Below are positions 23,701 to 33,516 of a DNA stretch of 64,000 bases, piece by piece. Positions within the stretch are counted from its first letter, which is position 1. Every line of letters starts with the position of its first letter. Location of the stretch: contig CAXXGO010000006.1 in the NCBI GenBank assembly GCA_963666835.2, forward strand, positions 2,080,001 to 2,144,000, in the 5' to 3' direction. The position numbers were made by a program, and so were the translations under genes. The stretch is from Phycisphaerae bacterium. Lineage in GTDB: Bacteria; Planctomycetota; Phycisphaerae; UBA1845. A model generated the notes under the pieces. That model did not search any database and was not told where the DNA came from. It saw only the letters and a list, made by a program, of their open reading frames with translations.

Positions 23701-24195
23701 ATGAGGCTCCGCGGAGAGGTTCTTATACTGTTCAACGTCGAGGACAGCGCACAATGCCGGGGCGAAGCCGAAATCGGAGATCTTCTCGACACCGTCTGGT
23801 GAAGTCAGCAGCGTTGCGGCGCAGAGGCTGCCGTGGACCGCGGGAAGGTCTGCGTCGTGGTTGAAGGCGACGCGGAGACCGTCCAACAATGCGGTGGCCC
23901 AGCGGAGTAGCTCTTCTTCGTTTGCAACGGGAGCCTTGCGGTTAAACAGGTTTGCCGCCGGCGGCACGGCGGGTTCGTGCTCAACGAAGAAGGCTTGTTC
24001 GTTTTGTTGGAGCTTTCCGATTAAGCCAAGGACGTTCGGAGAACGCAAGGCCAACTCTTGCTGCACGCGGACGCAGACTGAGAGCCGCCGGGCCAGCTCT
24101 GCCAGCCCCTTCTTGGACAAGCCGGCAGGTTTGAGGATAACACGACGAAACGGAATGCCCATACGGCCCCAGCCCTCTGTGCGCGTAGCGTTCAA
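20731..24195 (-). CDS. Membrane-anchored Ser/Thr kinase-fold protein (PpkA-like, probable pseudokinase) with a large extracytoplasmic domain
   Basis: KISDFG, SDVFAAGILL and MLARLPEDRPTA subdomains; one TM segment (GIGAAIIAALALTVWLQW); about 800-aa C-terminus. Confidence 0.8.
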   Translation of the reverse strand: MNATRTEGWGRMGIPFRRVILKPAGLSKKGLAELARRLSVCVRVQQELALRSPNVLGLIGKLQQNEQAFFVEHEPAVPPAANLFNRKAPVANEEELLRWATALLDGLRVAFNHDADLPAVHGSLCAATLLTSPDGVEKISDFGFAPALCAVLDVEQYKNLSAEPHGDGPPEQQGTAVWKVLAPESESDNRICGFIDPDKYGNPATLGTFEPGSDVFAAGILLRLMADHRHPYLEGHNDHRLAAMAESMAWLPFTGASRGLLRESTDPEFQRLESIVGRMLARLPEDRPTAAEALKQLGRVPESRDEVEVVPARPRSVTGSSWKLRGGIGAAIIAALALTVWLQWPSQLGQPENVVVAPQPGDTSEPAAPPGSDEPASEIDDTDLITEDSSMGPSLEDLPTLQIGNLLNRSVFVRRAALSSRLVASETTGIPSTPTIVYRLPGLDPTERPIELVLTDGGDEWTLSREYAASIRADCAELDRLLREGPTARLTEIVRDVVRQDFTAYAAPDLITVSVTEPSWAISDDLSFWSAATSVTVTMRDREVTGLEDIPLVAQDGDITIPIASETQLRNRVRTGLEPILLEKQADSASEWVARLDPYDVREAVQIDRPSDVGVMLKSAEQVTFNTANLRPLVVEARWSSEDLRFVPQRSWAEVLDGLEQSLDIIDNVNAGLEETHWIRRIYPEPNFVEIDGSTAEGLHVAAAAPWIADVNANPAELDPADRVELVVPLGSPERLLRDWEAPAYWALLEKYAELRDYEHPPGAGSPLTAGVPDPWIDGTAPPGLDNVAEWETRYIQPRLEIIDRPELDSTPGSPSLRISFQARWALDQVPDGIERESAEGALNQLAAELRPEYVLTLSRPNTEAIQWEWAPDSAPPDGLATVLTEVKYLDDLLGSHAIREAVERELAEALAGGGGSDPQQAELTAAQTLALLQRIWEAKQAAPPEEPESLIRLSSDLQAMREFSAKHRGRGLIFPTVFVEYFCGPESTYAIVWSAAQSAQAAEIVEGPFLHRIGPSVGLIADERLGETLFTSVLGSVPDACSPPFGSPLGGSLGVIVAPDRHLALADKDLSRAEFSPQQTDLTDIRNTNLGGETLEWASLEALRTPANELRCDYRLVETLAQDAPPWEREQDPAIRAAKLRAMEAWNRRSAEP

Positions 24196-24433
24196 CGACG
24201 GGATAGTAACCTATCGGGATGTTCGGTTCGAGGATCGTAGCCGGCGGGGCGGCGTCCTTTACCAAACCGGTTGAAGAGAGTACGGTGGTTCGGGAGGCAA
24301 TGCCGGTGAATCGCAGTGCCGAATCTGCCGTTTTCGGGATTGGGTAGAAACGACCGATGTAACATCCGTGGCAGCGCGAACGAGGCCGCAATGTGCGGTC
24401 GAAGCGGTCATTCTCAAGTTCTGGAAGCTATCC

Positions 24434-25609
24434 ATGGGTAACGAGGGCAAAGAGGGAGCCAACGGGCCGCCGCAGACGCCGTCCGCCGACGCGCTGCTTG
24501 CGGCGTTTGCCGGCGCCGATGAGTCGGAACGCTATCGTCTGCTGTCCAGCGTGCTCTCGGGCATGGCCGACAAGAGCGGTGCCGTCGACAGCGGCAGCGC
24601 GGCAGAGGTCGAAGCCCTGTCAAAGAGGCTGCAGGAGGCCGCGGAGGAGAAGGCCGCCCTCGCCGATCAAATCGCCACTGTCAAGGCTGATCTCGGGCTC
24701 GCGACTTCGAAGCTGGAAGCGGAGCAGACCCGGGGGCACGAACTCCAGTTGATTACGGAAGAGCAGCGCGAGCGCATGGAGTCCTCCCGGAAGAAGCTGC
24801 AGGAGGTCGAAGCGCAACTGCAGGCCCGCAATGCGGAACTGCACAAGACCCAGGTGGAAAATGAAGACCTGCTGCTGAAATTGCAGCGATCAGAGGCCAA
24901 GGTCGGCGACAGCTCCAAGACGGACCGGTTAGAGGAGGGTCGCAAGGTTCTCGCGGCCGAGAACGCGGAGTTAAGCAGGCAGCTCGAGCAGCTTCGGGCG
25001 GACAAGGACGCCGACATCACCCGGTTGACCGAGGAGCTGGCCGCGGCGCGCTCCGGGGCGTCCGGCAAGGGGACTTTCGACTTTCCTGCTTTGTGGGAGC
25101 GGCTCGCCGCGGCAGATTCGGCGCTGGTGGAGGGGCACGTGGCGCCCACGGAACAGGCGGCCGAGCGGTTGTTTGAAAGCTACATAGAGCTGGTGCGGTT
25201 CGTTGACAGTTTCGACCAGTTGCTCCGTCCGTTCCTTACTAAGTACACCCGGGACCATCCACCGGTTCGGGTGCCTTGGGATGTCTATGCCAAGCGGGAC
25301 GGTGCGCGGGACACCGTGAAGCAGGTTCTCGCTCCGATTGGTGGTAAGCCAGTGGGTTTTTTGAGGGTGAAACTGCGTGGTTTGTATCGTTGGGTCGAGG
25401 CGGCCATGATCGGATCCGATGCTGCTCTTGAATCCGTGGCCTCCGAACTTTATACCTTTGCAATGGACAAGGAGCCGTACGGCGCCGGCTCCGATCCCAA
25501 TCGAAAAGTCAAGGAGTTCCTCCGAGAGAACGGCCCCGACCTTTTCCTTCAGCGAATGCGCGAGCTTCGCGGGTCGAAAATCGCGGACGTCTTCGGGCGA
25601 GGCGCTTGA
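24434..25609 (+). CDS. Coiled-coil protein with a TagH/Fha C-terminal-like domain and no FHA domain
   Basis: About 170-aa heptad-rich region; LRGLYRWVEAAMIGSDAALESVASEL resembles the TagH C-terminal helix; sits directly upstream of tssJ. Confidence 0.5.
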   Translation: MGNEGKEGANGPPQTPSADALLAAFAGADESERYRLLSSVLSGMADKSGAVDSGSAAEVEALSKRLQEAAEEKAALADQIATVKADLGLATSKLEAEQTRGHELQLITEEQRERMESSRKKLQEVEAQLQARNAELHKTQVENEDLLLKLQRSEAKVGDSSKTDRLEEGRKVLAAENAELSRQLEQLRADKDADITRLTEELAAARSGASGKGTFDFPALWERLAAADSALVEGHVAPTEQAAERLFESYIELVRFVDSFDQLLRPFLTKYTRDHPPVRVPWDVYAKRDGARDTVKQVLAPIGGKPVGFLRVKLRGLYRWVEAAMIGSDAALESVASELYTFAMDKEPYGAGSDPNRKVKEFLRENGPDLFLQRMRELRGSKIADVFGRGA

Positions 25610-25640
25610 CCGTAAACCACCGTACTGTGGGGATGAACAC

Positions 25641-26297
25641 ATGAGCAGGCTTCGTGAGTTTCATGGAAGAACGAGATACGTTCCGCGTTGGCTGATGGCG
25701 GCGTTGCCGGTGGTGTTGACGGTGCCGCTCGTTGGGTGTCAGTCGCGCACGTTGGTGATTACGCAAGCGGATAGGATCAACACGGCGATGCAGTTGGGTC
25801 GCGCCCTGGAAAACCAAACGGGGGAACCGCTGGAACTGACCGTGGTTTGCGTGAAGCCTGAGGATCTGGAGAAGCAGGAGAATTCGCGGCTTAGCCCGGA
25901 CAGCTTGATCACGTCGAAGGAGTGGTACGAGTTTCGCCCCGAGGGTGGAGTTCCCACCGGAGGGCGCTTCGACATTCCGGACAGCCAGATCTACGTGTTG
26001 ACCAACAAGAACAGAATCTGCGGGCAGGTGCGGGGTCCTGCGTTGCGCGGGGCGATCGAGGACGGAACTGCGGAGCGCTTCATCAAGGGGATCTCGTTCG
26101 GGAGGAAGTCATACAGCAAGAAGTCGGCGATTTACGTCTTCCCCAAGTTCATCGACAGGAATGGTGCGGTGTTGCCGGTCCCGCCGGTGCGTTTCAGCCC
26201 GCCTGCGGCTTACTCCTCCACTTTGCGGGTGGAGATTGGGGTGGAGCCGGGCGGACCCCACGATGGCCAGTACCTGCGGCGGGTGGAAAAACGGTGA
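25641..26297 (+). CDS. tssJ: T6SS lipoprotein, TssJ-like
   Basis: Lipobox LVG|C, then TLVITQADRIN...GEPLELTVV; position before tssK-tssL-tssM. Confidence 0.65.
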   Translation: MSRLREFHGRTRYVPRWLMAALPVVLTVPLVGCQSRTLVITQADRINTAMQLGRALENQTGEPLELTVVCVKPEDLEKQENSRLSPDSLITSKEWYEFRPEGGVPTGGRFDIPDSQIYVLTNKNRICGQVRGPALRGAIEDGTAERFIKGISFGRKSYSKKSAIYVFPKFIDRNGAVLPVPPVRFSPPAAYSSTLRVEIGVEPGGPHDGQYLRRVEKR

Positions 26298-26433
26298 CAG
26301 CGCAGTTGCAGGCCGACGACCTGGTGCGGCCGGCTGACGGTGGATGGAGCCCAGTCATGGAGTTGGTCCAGGCTCGCGGGTTACCCGATATGTGGGTGGA
26401 GGGACGCAGCGTTCGAGTCGGAGATTGGTGCTC

Positions 26434-27852
26434 ATGAGTTTCTGGACGGAGATCCACTGGTCGGAGGGGATGTTCCTTCGACCTCATCATCTTCAGGCGG
26501 CACAGCGCCGGGTGGAGACGGTGGTCAACACGGGGTTCGACTCGCTCAGGCCGTTTGCCTGGGGTTTCATGAGCCTGGACGTTGCGCAGGAGCCTCTGGA
26601 GAACTTCACGCTTCGTCTGGATGAATGCGTCGTGCGCATGAAAGACGGAACGTGGGTGCAGATCCCGGAGAACACCCAGGTTGCTCCGCTCGATTTCCAG
26701 GAACAGGTGGACTCGGCGAAAGGCCCGTTGGACATCTACTTGGGCATCCCCCAAATGCAGGAAGTCCGGGCGAATTCCGTGCCCCTCGAACGGCCGGAGC
26801 AGGCGACCGGTACTCCACGTTACGAGCCGCACCCGCTGATGCGCCGGGATGAGAATACCGGCGAGAATCCGCAAATGTTATATGTGCGGAGGATGCGCGG
26901 GCGTCTGTTCGTGGCGGGCGACGATATGACCGGGTATGAGACCTTGCGCATCGGCGCTGTGATGCGCACCGATCGACCGGGTGCCGTGCCCGAGCTGGAC
27001 CCGTCCGGAGCGGGCCCGATGCTGGCGGTTCAGGCCGATGCGGGCTTAAGTTCCTTGCTCACGTCGCTCAGTGATCAGATTGAGGCTAAGGACGAGGTGC
27101 TTGCCAAGGAAGCGCGCGAGCATCGGATGTTGTTCACCGACGGGATTGCCGCGAATACGGAGCACCTGCTCAAGCTGCACGCGCTCAACGAGGTTCGCGG
27201 CCAACTTACGGCGATGATGCAGTGCCCGTTGTTGCACCCGTACGATGTGTTCGTCGTTTTGTCGCGGCTGGTCGGACAGCTTTCGGTTTTTCACGACGAC
27301 CTCGTTCCGGAGACTCTGCCGACCTACGAGCATGATCGCCCCGGCCTGGCGTTTGAGGCGTTGCGCAAGCGAATCGAGATTCTGCTCGACGCGATGCGGC
27401 CGATGGCCTACGTAGAACGCCGCTTCGCGCGGAAGCAAGATGCGCGGGGGCATGACGGCTTGGAAGTCGAGTTGGATCGGTCGTGGATTGACGAGAATCT
27501 GGAGATGTATGTGGCCGTCGTCTCCGAGGAGATGGATGTCGCCGAGGTGGAGCGGTACATCTACACGAAGCTTAACATGAAGCTGGCTTCCCCGACTCGG
27601 GCTCCGCGGATAGCCAACATCGCGGTTCGGGGTTTGCGTTTGGAGATCAAGTCGGTTCCGGCGGGCACGCTGCCGCGGCGACAGGGCCTGCATTACTTCA
27701 AGATCAACAAGACGATGGGCCCGGATCGCACCGACTATTGGCGCGAGTGTGAGCAGGAACGCGGCATTCGGGTGAGTACGCAGGAAGGCCGCCTGGCGGA
27801 CTTCGAGAAGTTCCAGCCCTCCCTTTACGTAATACTGAAGGCTCGTACATGA
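26434..27852 (+). CDS. tssK: T6SS baseplate subunit TssK
   Basis: IHWSEGMFLRPHHLQ, FAWGF, LHPYDVF..LSRLVGQLSVF, LPTYEHD. Confidence 0.95.
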   Translation: MSFWTEIHWSEGMFLRPHHLQAAQRRVETVVNTGFDSLRPFAWGFMSLDVAQEPLENFTLRLDECVVRMKDGTWVQIPENTQVAPLDFQEQVDSAKGPLDIYLGIPQMQEVRANSVPLERPEQATGTPRYEPHPLMRRDENTGENPQMLYVRRMRGRLFVAGDDMTGYETLRIGAVMRTDRPGAVPELDPSGAGPMLAVQADAGLSSLLTSLSDQIEAKDEVLAKEAREHRMLFTDGIAANTEHLLKLHALNEVRGQLTAMMQCPLLHPYDVFVVLSRLVGQLSVFHDDLVPETLPTYEHDRPGLAFEALRKRIEILLDAMRPMAYVERRFARKQDARGHDGLEVELDRSWIDENLEMYVAVVSEEMDVAEVERYIYTKLNMKLASPTRAPRIANIAVRGLRLEIKSVPAGTLPRRQGLHYFKINKTMGPDRTDYWRECEQERGIRVSTQEGRLADFEKFQPSLYVILKART

Positions 27853-28646
27853 TGGATACTGCCGAGCATGCGTCACTACGGTTGACCGAAGCCTGCTGGC
27901 CGGTCTTTGAATTCGTCACCAATTTCCAGAGGCAGGTCAAGTACGGCACCGTTCCGCCCGCGGATCAGGTTCGTTATGAGGCCCTCTCCGCCCTGCGCGA
28001 TGCGGAAGACCTCGCCCGCAACGACCCCATTACCGAGCGGGCGTGGCACGAGCGGATCAAGGAGATCGTGGTCTACCTGCTTGACTACAAGATGCTTAAT
28101 ACGGAGTGGGGCGGACACAACTACTGGTTCGACAACATGTTCGAGACCGACCCGATGATCCTGGACCACCCGGAAGCCCTCGGCGGAGAGGAGTTCTTCC
28201 GCGTCTGCGACGAGCTGCAGCGGGAATACGAGGCGGCCGAACGGCGGGATCGTCGGGACAAGGACGAACTCGCAGAGCAGCTTGGCCTCTACTTCATCTG
28301 CCTGCGCTTGGGGTTCAAAGGCAAGTTCCACGATCGTCCGCAGGAGCTGGCCGACTATACGAGACGCTTGTTCACGCGTCTGCCGGCGTACGCCACCACG
28401 CGGGCGAAGGAGATGTTCCCGGAGAGCTATAAGCACAACCAGGAGATTAAGGTCAACTACAACCTCGGCATGAGCATGACGATCGTGCTCGTGATGTTGG
28501 TTGTGGTTGTAGTTTTGTGGATGGGCGTATCGCGTTTTGCGTGGCAGCGCGCCACTACGGATCTCGAGCGATATGCCGACGAGTTGAGCACTCCGGTTGC
28601 GGCGACAGCTTTGGAGTCGAAGGCGGTTGCCCCGGCGAACGATTAG
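27849..28646 (+). CDS. tssL: T6SS DotU/TssL membrane protein (no OmpA domain)
   Basis: LGGEEFF, YFICLRLGFKGKF, C-terminal TM segment. Confidence 0.92.
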   Translation: MMDTAEHASLRLTEACWPVFEFVTNFQRQVKYGTVPPADQVRYEALSALRDAEDLARNDPITERAWHERIKEIVVYLLDYKMLNTEWGGHNYWFDNMFETDPMILDHPEALGGEEFFRVCDELQREYEAAERRDRRDKDELAEQLGLYFICLRLGFKGKFHDRPQELADYTRRLFTRLPAYATTRAKEMFPESYKHNQEIKVNYNLGMSMTIVLVMLVVVVVLWMGVSRFAWQRATTDLERYADELSTPVAATALESKAVAPAND

Positions 28647-28695
28647 GCAGGCAAATACGTTCTTGCGGTTTCTGACCGGGAACGAGGTGTGAAAC

Positions 28696-31600
28696 ATGAA
28701 GAAGCTGTTGAAGGCGTTCAAGAGCCTCCCGCGGGAAGTTCGTACCATGCTGGCGATGGCCGGACTGGCCTCACCCATCGGGGCGATCTACGCGCTCAAG
28801 CGTTTCTTCTTCCCCGGGGTGAAGTTGTGGGTGTTGATCATCTGCGTCGCCGCGGCGATCGCCGTACTGGCGCTGTTGGGCTATGTCATCTCCAAGATTT
28901 TCAAACGGGGTGGCAAGAAGCGTTCCCAGCGCATGGCGACCGAGCTGGCCAGCGACTCCACCGGCGGGCCCGCGGGGATGGATGTCAGCGCTGCGATCAA
29001 GGCCAACAACGAGAAGTTCTTCACGGCCGTTCGGGAGATGCGCAAGGACGTCGGCATCAGCGTTTACGACTTGCCCTGGTATATCGTGATGGGCGATTCG
29101 GGCTGCGGCAAGACGTACCTGGTCAACAACGGCGGGTTGACGTTTTCACGAGGTAAGCCGGAGGGGTATCAGCTCGGCACGTTGAACTACAACTGGTGGT
29201 TCACCGAGGACGCGGTCTTCATCGATATGGCCGGGCGGCTGTGCAACCCGCAGGATGACAGTGACCGGCGGGAATGGGAGGCGTTTCTCGGAACGGTGGG
29301 ACGCGGGCGCAAGGGTTTCCCCATCAACGGCGCGATCGTCTGCGTATCGGCCGAGCATCTTCTGCAGGATTCTCCGGAGAAGCATGAGTCTGACGCCAAC
29401 ATCGCTCTGGAGCGTTTGCGCGACCTGCAGACGAAGTTGGGCGTCACGTTCGCTACTTATCTGATTGTCACCAAGTGCGACAAGATCCCGGGTTTCATGC
29501 AGTTTTTCGATCGGGCGGATCGCGACATCACGGTTAAAAACCAAGTTTTTGGTTGGTCGAAGCCCGGGGAGTTCAATGATCTGTACGACCCGGAGAAGTT
29601 CAAAGGTGATTTCGATTCAGTGTACGCCCGGCTCAACGAGCTGCGGTTGAGGAGGCTCAACGACGACGCGGACGATATCGAACTGGGGTTGGCCTACAGT
29701 TTTCCAGAGGAATTCAGGGAACTTTCGGCCCCGTTGGAGACTTATGTCCGCACGCTCTTCCCGATGATCAGAAACCCGCGGGCGGTGAAGAACCTGTTGT
29801 TCCGCGGGGTCTACTTCACCAGTGCCACGCAGGAAGGCGAACTGATCCTCAAGCACCTCAAGTCCCGGCTGGGGGAGGATGTCGCGGGGCAGTTTGCGCC
29901 GTTGGAGGCGCTGTATCCAACCAAGCGGCCGCACTTTATCAAGGACGTGCTCTTCAAGAAGGTGTTCCCTGAGCACGGTCTGGTGTTCCGTAACGAGCAA
30001 CAGGTGTTAAGGAACCGCCGGCTCAGCAAGGTGTTGAAGGTCAGTACGGTGGCCCTGGGCATCGTCTTTACGGCCGCTTTTCTGTGGAGTTTCTTCAGGT
30101 TTGAGGATCTGATCATCGAACCTCGGCAGCATGCCCAAGTGGTGGCCGAGGAGCCGGCCGCCCGGAGCGCGGACCAGGTGCTGCGCCACGCCACGACTAT
30201 TGCGGAGGACATATCGTATCTGGAAGCCAACCACATGGTGGCCCGGGTGTTGTCGATCGGAATCGGGCATGATGAACCGGTGAACCACTTGCGCACGATG
30301 CGGGTCCGGCTCATCGAGGCCGGTATCGAGCGGGTCCTGGCCGAGGTTGATGAGGTTCTTCGATCGGGCGGCAACTTCGATTGGCGTCGTCCCGGCAAGG
30401 CGGAGGCGTTTGCGAACGCCTTGGAGCAGTACATACGTTGGTACGGCTGCCGAGGACAAGCCGGTTTGCCCGCGGGTCTGGATGTGGAGGGGTTTGAAGC
30501 GATCAGCGCGCTGGCGCCCTCGGGCTCGATTGCAGGACAAGCGGGCTTTATGGATCAAGCCGGTTGGTATTTCGAGACGCTACGGGAGGGGGACGGAGTT
30601 GAGCAGGTGAACCCCGCCCGGCTGCTGAAGCTCGTAGCGGATGACCCGCGCGACACCATCCTGAAGGCAATCGAATCGGTCTACCGGTTTCATCTTACGC
30701 GTTATGCCACGTTCAACGAGGAGCATCCGAATGTGGTAATCCGAGAGTGGATGCGGCTGCGGCGGCAGTGCATGGAGGTTCAGCAGAGCTATGAACAGAT
30801 GCTCGGTGCGGCGGACCGGGCAGGCGAAATCGAGACTGTGGAGGAGCTTCGCGAGCTTCAGGGTCAGTTCGTCGACCAGTTTGGAATACTCGACGAAGCT
30901 CTGGCGGGACTGCAGTGGCGGGCGGAGCAGTCCGGGTCGTTTCTGCAGGACATTCTGCCTCTGAAAAGGGGAATCCTGCAACAGCGCGACGTCTGGTTGG
31001 ATTACGAGAAGCGCCTACGTGAGGCGGCGACCCACTGCGTGGCGGTGGATCCGAAGATATCCGAGTCGATCGACTCGATCAGCGCGGGGAACCGGACCCT
31101 GCAGCGCGGCGGTTTGGATGAGACTCTCTGGCGCAACCTGGTGGAGCTGGGCATCGCCCAAGTGCCTTATCGGGTCGGGGTCTATGACCAGGAGGATCTG
31201 GGTCAGTTGATCCGAGAGGTCTACGAGTTCTTTGCGGAAATCGTGGAGCTGGTCAAGGGCGACAGCGAGTTCAACCCCGACGAGCTCAAGCTGACGACCG
31301 ACGCCGAGGCGGTGCGGGATCATCTTCGCACGATCAGCGAGAATCTGGCGGGGGCGAACTTCGAGGTTTCGGCGGATCTCCGCGGAGAGACGATGGAGGG
31401 CTGGATCGACACGGCCTACGACCATCTGGAGAAGTTGGATAAAGAGCAGGATTCGGCCGACGTTGCCGGGCTGTCACAGTTCTGGCAGCCGGAGGCCCTC
31501 GAGTTTCTCTATCAAGAGCATCGAACGTTGATTCTGCTGGGGGAAGGGACGCGCCTGCTGAATACGATCATTGACCGATTGTCCGGGCTGGGGCCGTGGG

Positions 31601-33468
31601 GTATCGCTGAGTTGGTGCCTTACGACGAATACGCGGCGGAGATGCAGTCGCCGTATTCGATCCGAACGCCGATGCGTGGTTCCGAGGTGCGCGAGAGCGG
31701 CGATACTTCAACGGCGCGTAAGCCGAAGACGACCAAGAGAACGGGAAGAAGGCGTCGCCGGGGTGGGGACTCGTTCGGTGAAGATGTCCGCGGGGCCGAA
31801 CGTCATACGGTTGCACCCCATGAAGAACGGCGATCAGGCGGAGGGAACGGGCGGATTCCGGCTTGCGTTTCGCACGATTTCCTGAATGAACGAGCGGAAG
31901 AGGTGGTGTCTTTGCTGATGGTGCTGGGCGACATGAGAGGCGCTTTTCTGGGAGAGACCCGGGGGAACACGTCGCTGGATCAGCGGTGTATCAGCAAGTT
32001 GGAGCAGGCGACTCAGGTCTACATGGAGGCTTACGTAAAAGCCTGGAGCGATGCGTACGCGGAGAAAGAACTTACCAGCCTGCAACGCCTGACTGAGCGG
32101 GTGAGTGATTGGGGGCAGCTTGCCGAGCGGTTCGAGGGCCGCAAGGAAACGCGGGGTGTCAACCGCTATGAAATCGCCGAAGAGTTCGCCAATGCGCTAA
32201 GCTGTATCCTGCGAGCCGTTCCTTGGGCTACGTATCGCTCCGACGGTTACAGTTGGGATTCCGCAAGCGATCCGGAGTGGCAGAGAGTGTCTTTCTTGAT
32301 GGAGGACGCGATTCGGCAGTCGTGGGATCAGGATCGGCTGGGACGCTTCGTGTTCGACAGGAAAGCAACCGGCTCGATCGGCAAGACCGGCGAGCAGCCG
32401 TGGGACGTCGTCGCGGGCTTGTTCAGGGATAAGTGGTTGACCTTGTCGGAGGAGATCGGCAGGAACGTGGCACTTCCGGAGAGGTTCGACCTTCCGGATA
32501 GTAAGGGCGGGGTCGCAGTTTCCTGGGGCGGCTTGCAGGATCTGCGTGAGGCCTATCGGATCGACGATGAAGACCGCTTGACCGGGGCGCTGGTGCGTTT
32601 CGAGGAGCGGGCTCAGTCTCTGTTGAGTGTCGAGCTGTCCCGCATTTTGTATGATATTCAGGAACGCTCTTTCCGGGGCGACCAGCCGTTAGACGGTTGG
32701 CCGTATCTTGAAGGTGAGGCATACGGGCCGAACGCTCTGGACACGGTGGGCTTCCGTGAGTTCGTCGAGTTTCTGGTTAAGATCCACCGTGCGAAAGAAG
32801 CGTTCCGCGAAGTGGAAAGCTCGCTGACGGATCGTGCTCCGGGTCGCCGGGAGCGAAAAGAACTGTACCGGGTCTGCGAGGAGTGGTTTAAGTTCCTCGA
32901 GCTCGAGGACAACCTCAGAGTTCAACCGTCGCCCTTGGAGGTTACGGTTCAGGGTGACACTGACGCGACAGCGGCTCCCTTCGGTCGAGAGCGGGTGGAT
33001 GAGACGGCCCAGTTCGTCGCCCGATACATCGTTATGAATCTCGGGCTGACGCTCGGTAAGGACGAACGCGCCGGGGAAGGCACCGATCTGCGAATCCACA
33101 CCGAGACGGATGAAAAGGTCAAGACCCGGCACGCGACGTGGGATTGGCCGACCGGCGGAGGGGAGTTGTCCGTCAGACTCGAGGATATGCTGCCCGGAGT
33201 TAAGGTGGTGCAGCCTTCGAAGATGTTGGGGCGGTCGTCACCCTTGGCGCTGTGCGCGTACCTGCACCGGTACGGAAAGAGCTATAGTGGTGACGCGACT
33301 CGTTGGTTTGTCGTGCATGCGTTCGAGCGGGATTTGGCGGCATCCGAGGCGGAGAGTTCCCGGATGAAAAAGTCGCGCGTCGGCGAGAAGATCGTGTTCA
33401 AACTCGAACGCGGTCTGCCGGAGCCGATCGCCAAGTTGAACCGGGTCAAGGCAAGTGCTTCGGATTGA
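28696..33468 (+). CDS. tssM: T6SS membrane subunit TssM/IcmF (unusually long)
   Basis: YDLPWYIVMGDSGCGKT Walker A, WWFTEDAVFIDMAGR, PINGAI, TKCDKIPGF, FRGVYFTSATQEG. Confidence 0.95.
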   Translation: MKKLLKAFKSLPREVRTMLAMAGLASPIGAIYALKRFFFPGVKLWVLIICVAAAIAVLALLGYVISKIFKRGGKKRSQRMATELASDSTGGPAGMDVSAAIKANNEKFFTAVREMRKDVGISVYDLPWYIVMGDSGCGKTYLVNNGGLTFSRGKPEGYQLGTLNYNWWFTEDAVFIDMAGRLCNPQDDSDRREWEAFLGTVGRGRKGFPINGAIVCVSAEHLLQDSPEKHESDANIALERLRDLQTKLGVTFATYLIVTKCDKIPGFMQFFDRADRDITVKNQVFGWSKPGEFNDLYDPEKFKGDFDSVYARLNELRLRRLNDDADDIELGLAYSFPEEFRELSAPLETYVRTLFPMIRNPRAVKNLLFRGVYFTSATQEGELILKHLKSRLGEDVAGQFAPLEALYPTKRPHFIKDVLFKKVFPEHGLVFRNEQQVLRNRRLSKVLKVSTVALGIVFTAAFLWSFFRFEDLIIEPRQHAQVVAEEPAARSADQVLRHATTIAEDISYLEANHMVARVLSIGIGHDEPVNHLRTMRVRLIEAGIERVLAEVDEVLRSGGNFDWRRPGKAEAFANALEQYIRWYGCRGQAGLPAGLDVEGFEAISALAPSGSIAGQAGFMDQAGWYFETLREGDGVEQVNPARLLKLVADDPRDTILKAIESVYRFHLTRYATFNEEHPNVVIREWMRLRRQCMEVQQSYEQMLGAADRAGEIETVEELRELQGQFVDQFGILDEALAGLQWRAEQSGSFLQDILPLKRGILQQRDVWLDYEKRLREAATHCVAVDPKISESIDSISAGNRTLQRGGLDETLWRNLVELGIAQVPYRVGVYDQEDLGQLIREVYEFFAEIVELVKGDSEFNPDELKLTTDAEAVRDHLRTISENLAGANFEVSADLRGETMEGWIDTAYDHLEKLDKEQDSADVAGLSQFWQPEALEFLYQEHRTLILLGEGTRLLNTIIDRLSGLGPWGIAELVPYDEYAAEMQSPYSIRTPMRGSEVRESGDTSTARKPKTTKRTGRRRRRGGDSFGEDVRGAERHTVAPHEERRSGGGNGRIPACVSHDFLNERAEEVVSLLMVLGDMRGAFLGETRGNTSLDQRCISKLEQATQVYMEAYVKAWSDAYAEKELTSLQRLTERVSDWGQLAERFEGRKETRGVNRYEIAEEFANALSCILRAVPWATYRSDGYSWDSASDPEWQRVSFLMEDAIRQSWDQDRLGRFVFDRKATGSIGKTGEQPWDVVAGLFRDKWLTLSEEIGRNVALPERFDLPDSKGGVAVSWGGLQDLREAYRIDDEDRLTGALVRFEERAQSLLSVELSRILYDIQERSFRGDQPLDGWPYLEGEAYGPNALDTVGFREFVEFLVKIHRAKEAFREVESSLTDRAPGRRERKELYRVCEEWFKFLELEDNLRVQPSPLEVTVQGDTDATAAPFGRERVDETAQFVARYIVMNLGLTLGKDERAGEGTDLRIHTETDEKVKTRHATWDWPTGGGELSVRLEDMLPGVKVVQPSKMLGRSSPLALCAYLHRYGKSYSGDATRWFVVHAFERDLAASEAESSRMKKSRVGEKIVFKLERGLPEPIAKLNRVKASASD

Positions 33469-33516
33469 TCACCGCATGCGGTGATGTCCGCGAATGTCCT
33501 GGAGGGTGGCTGGTCT

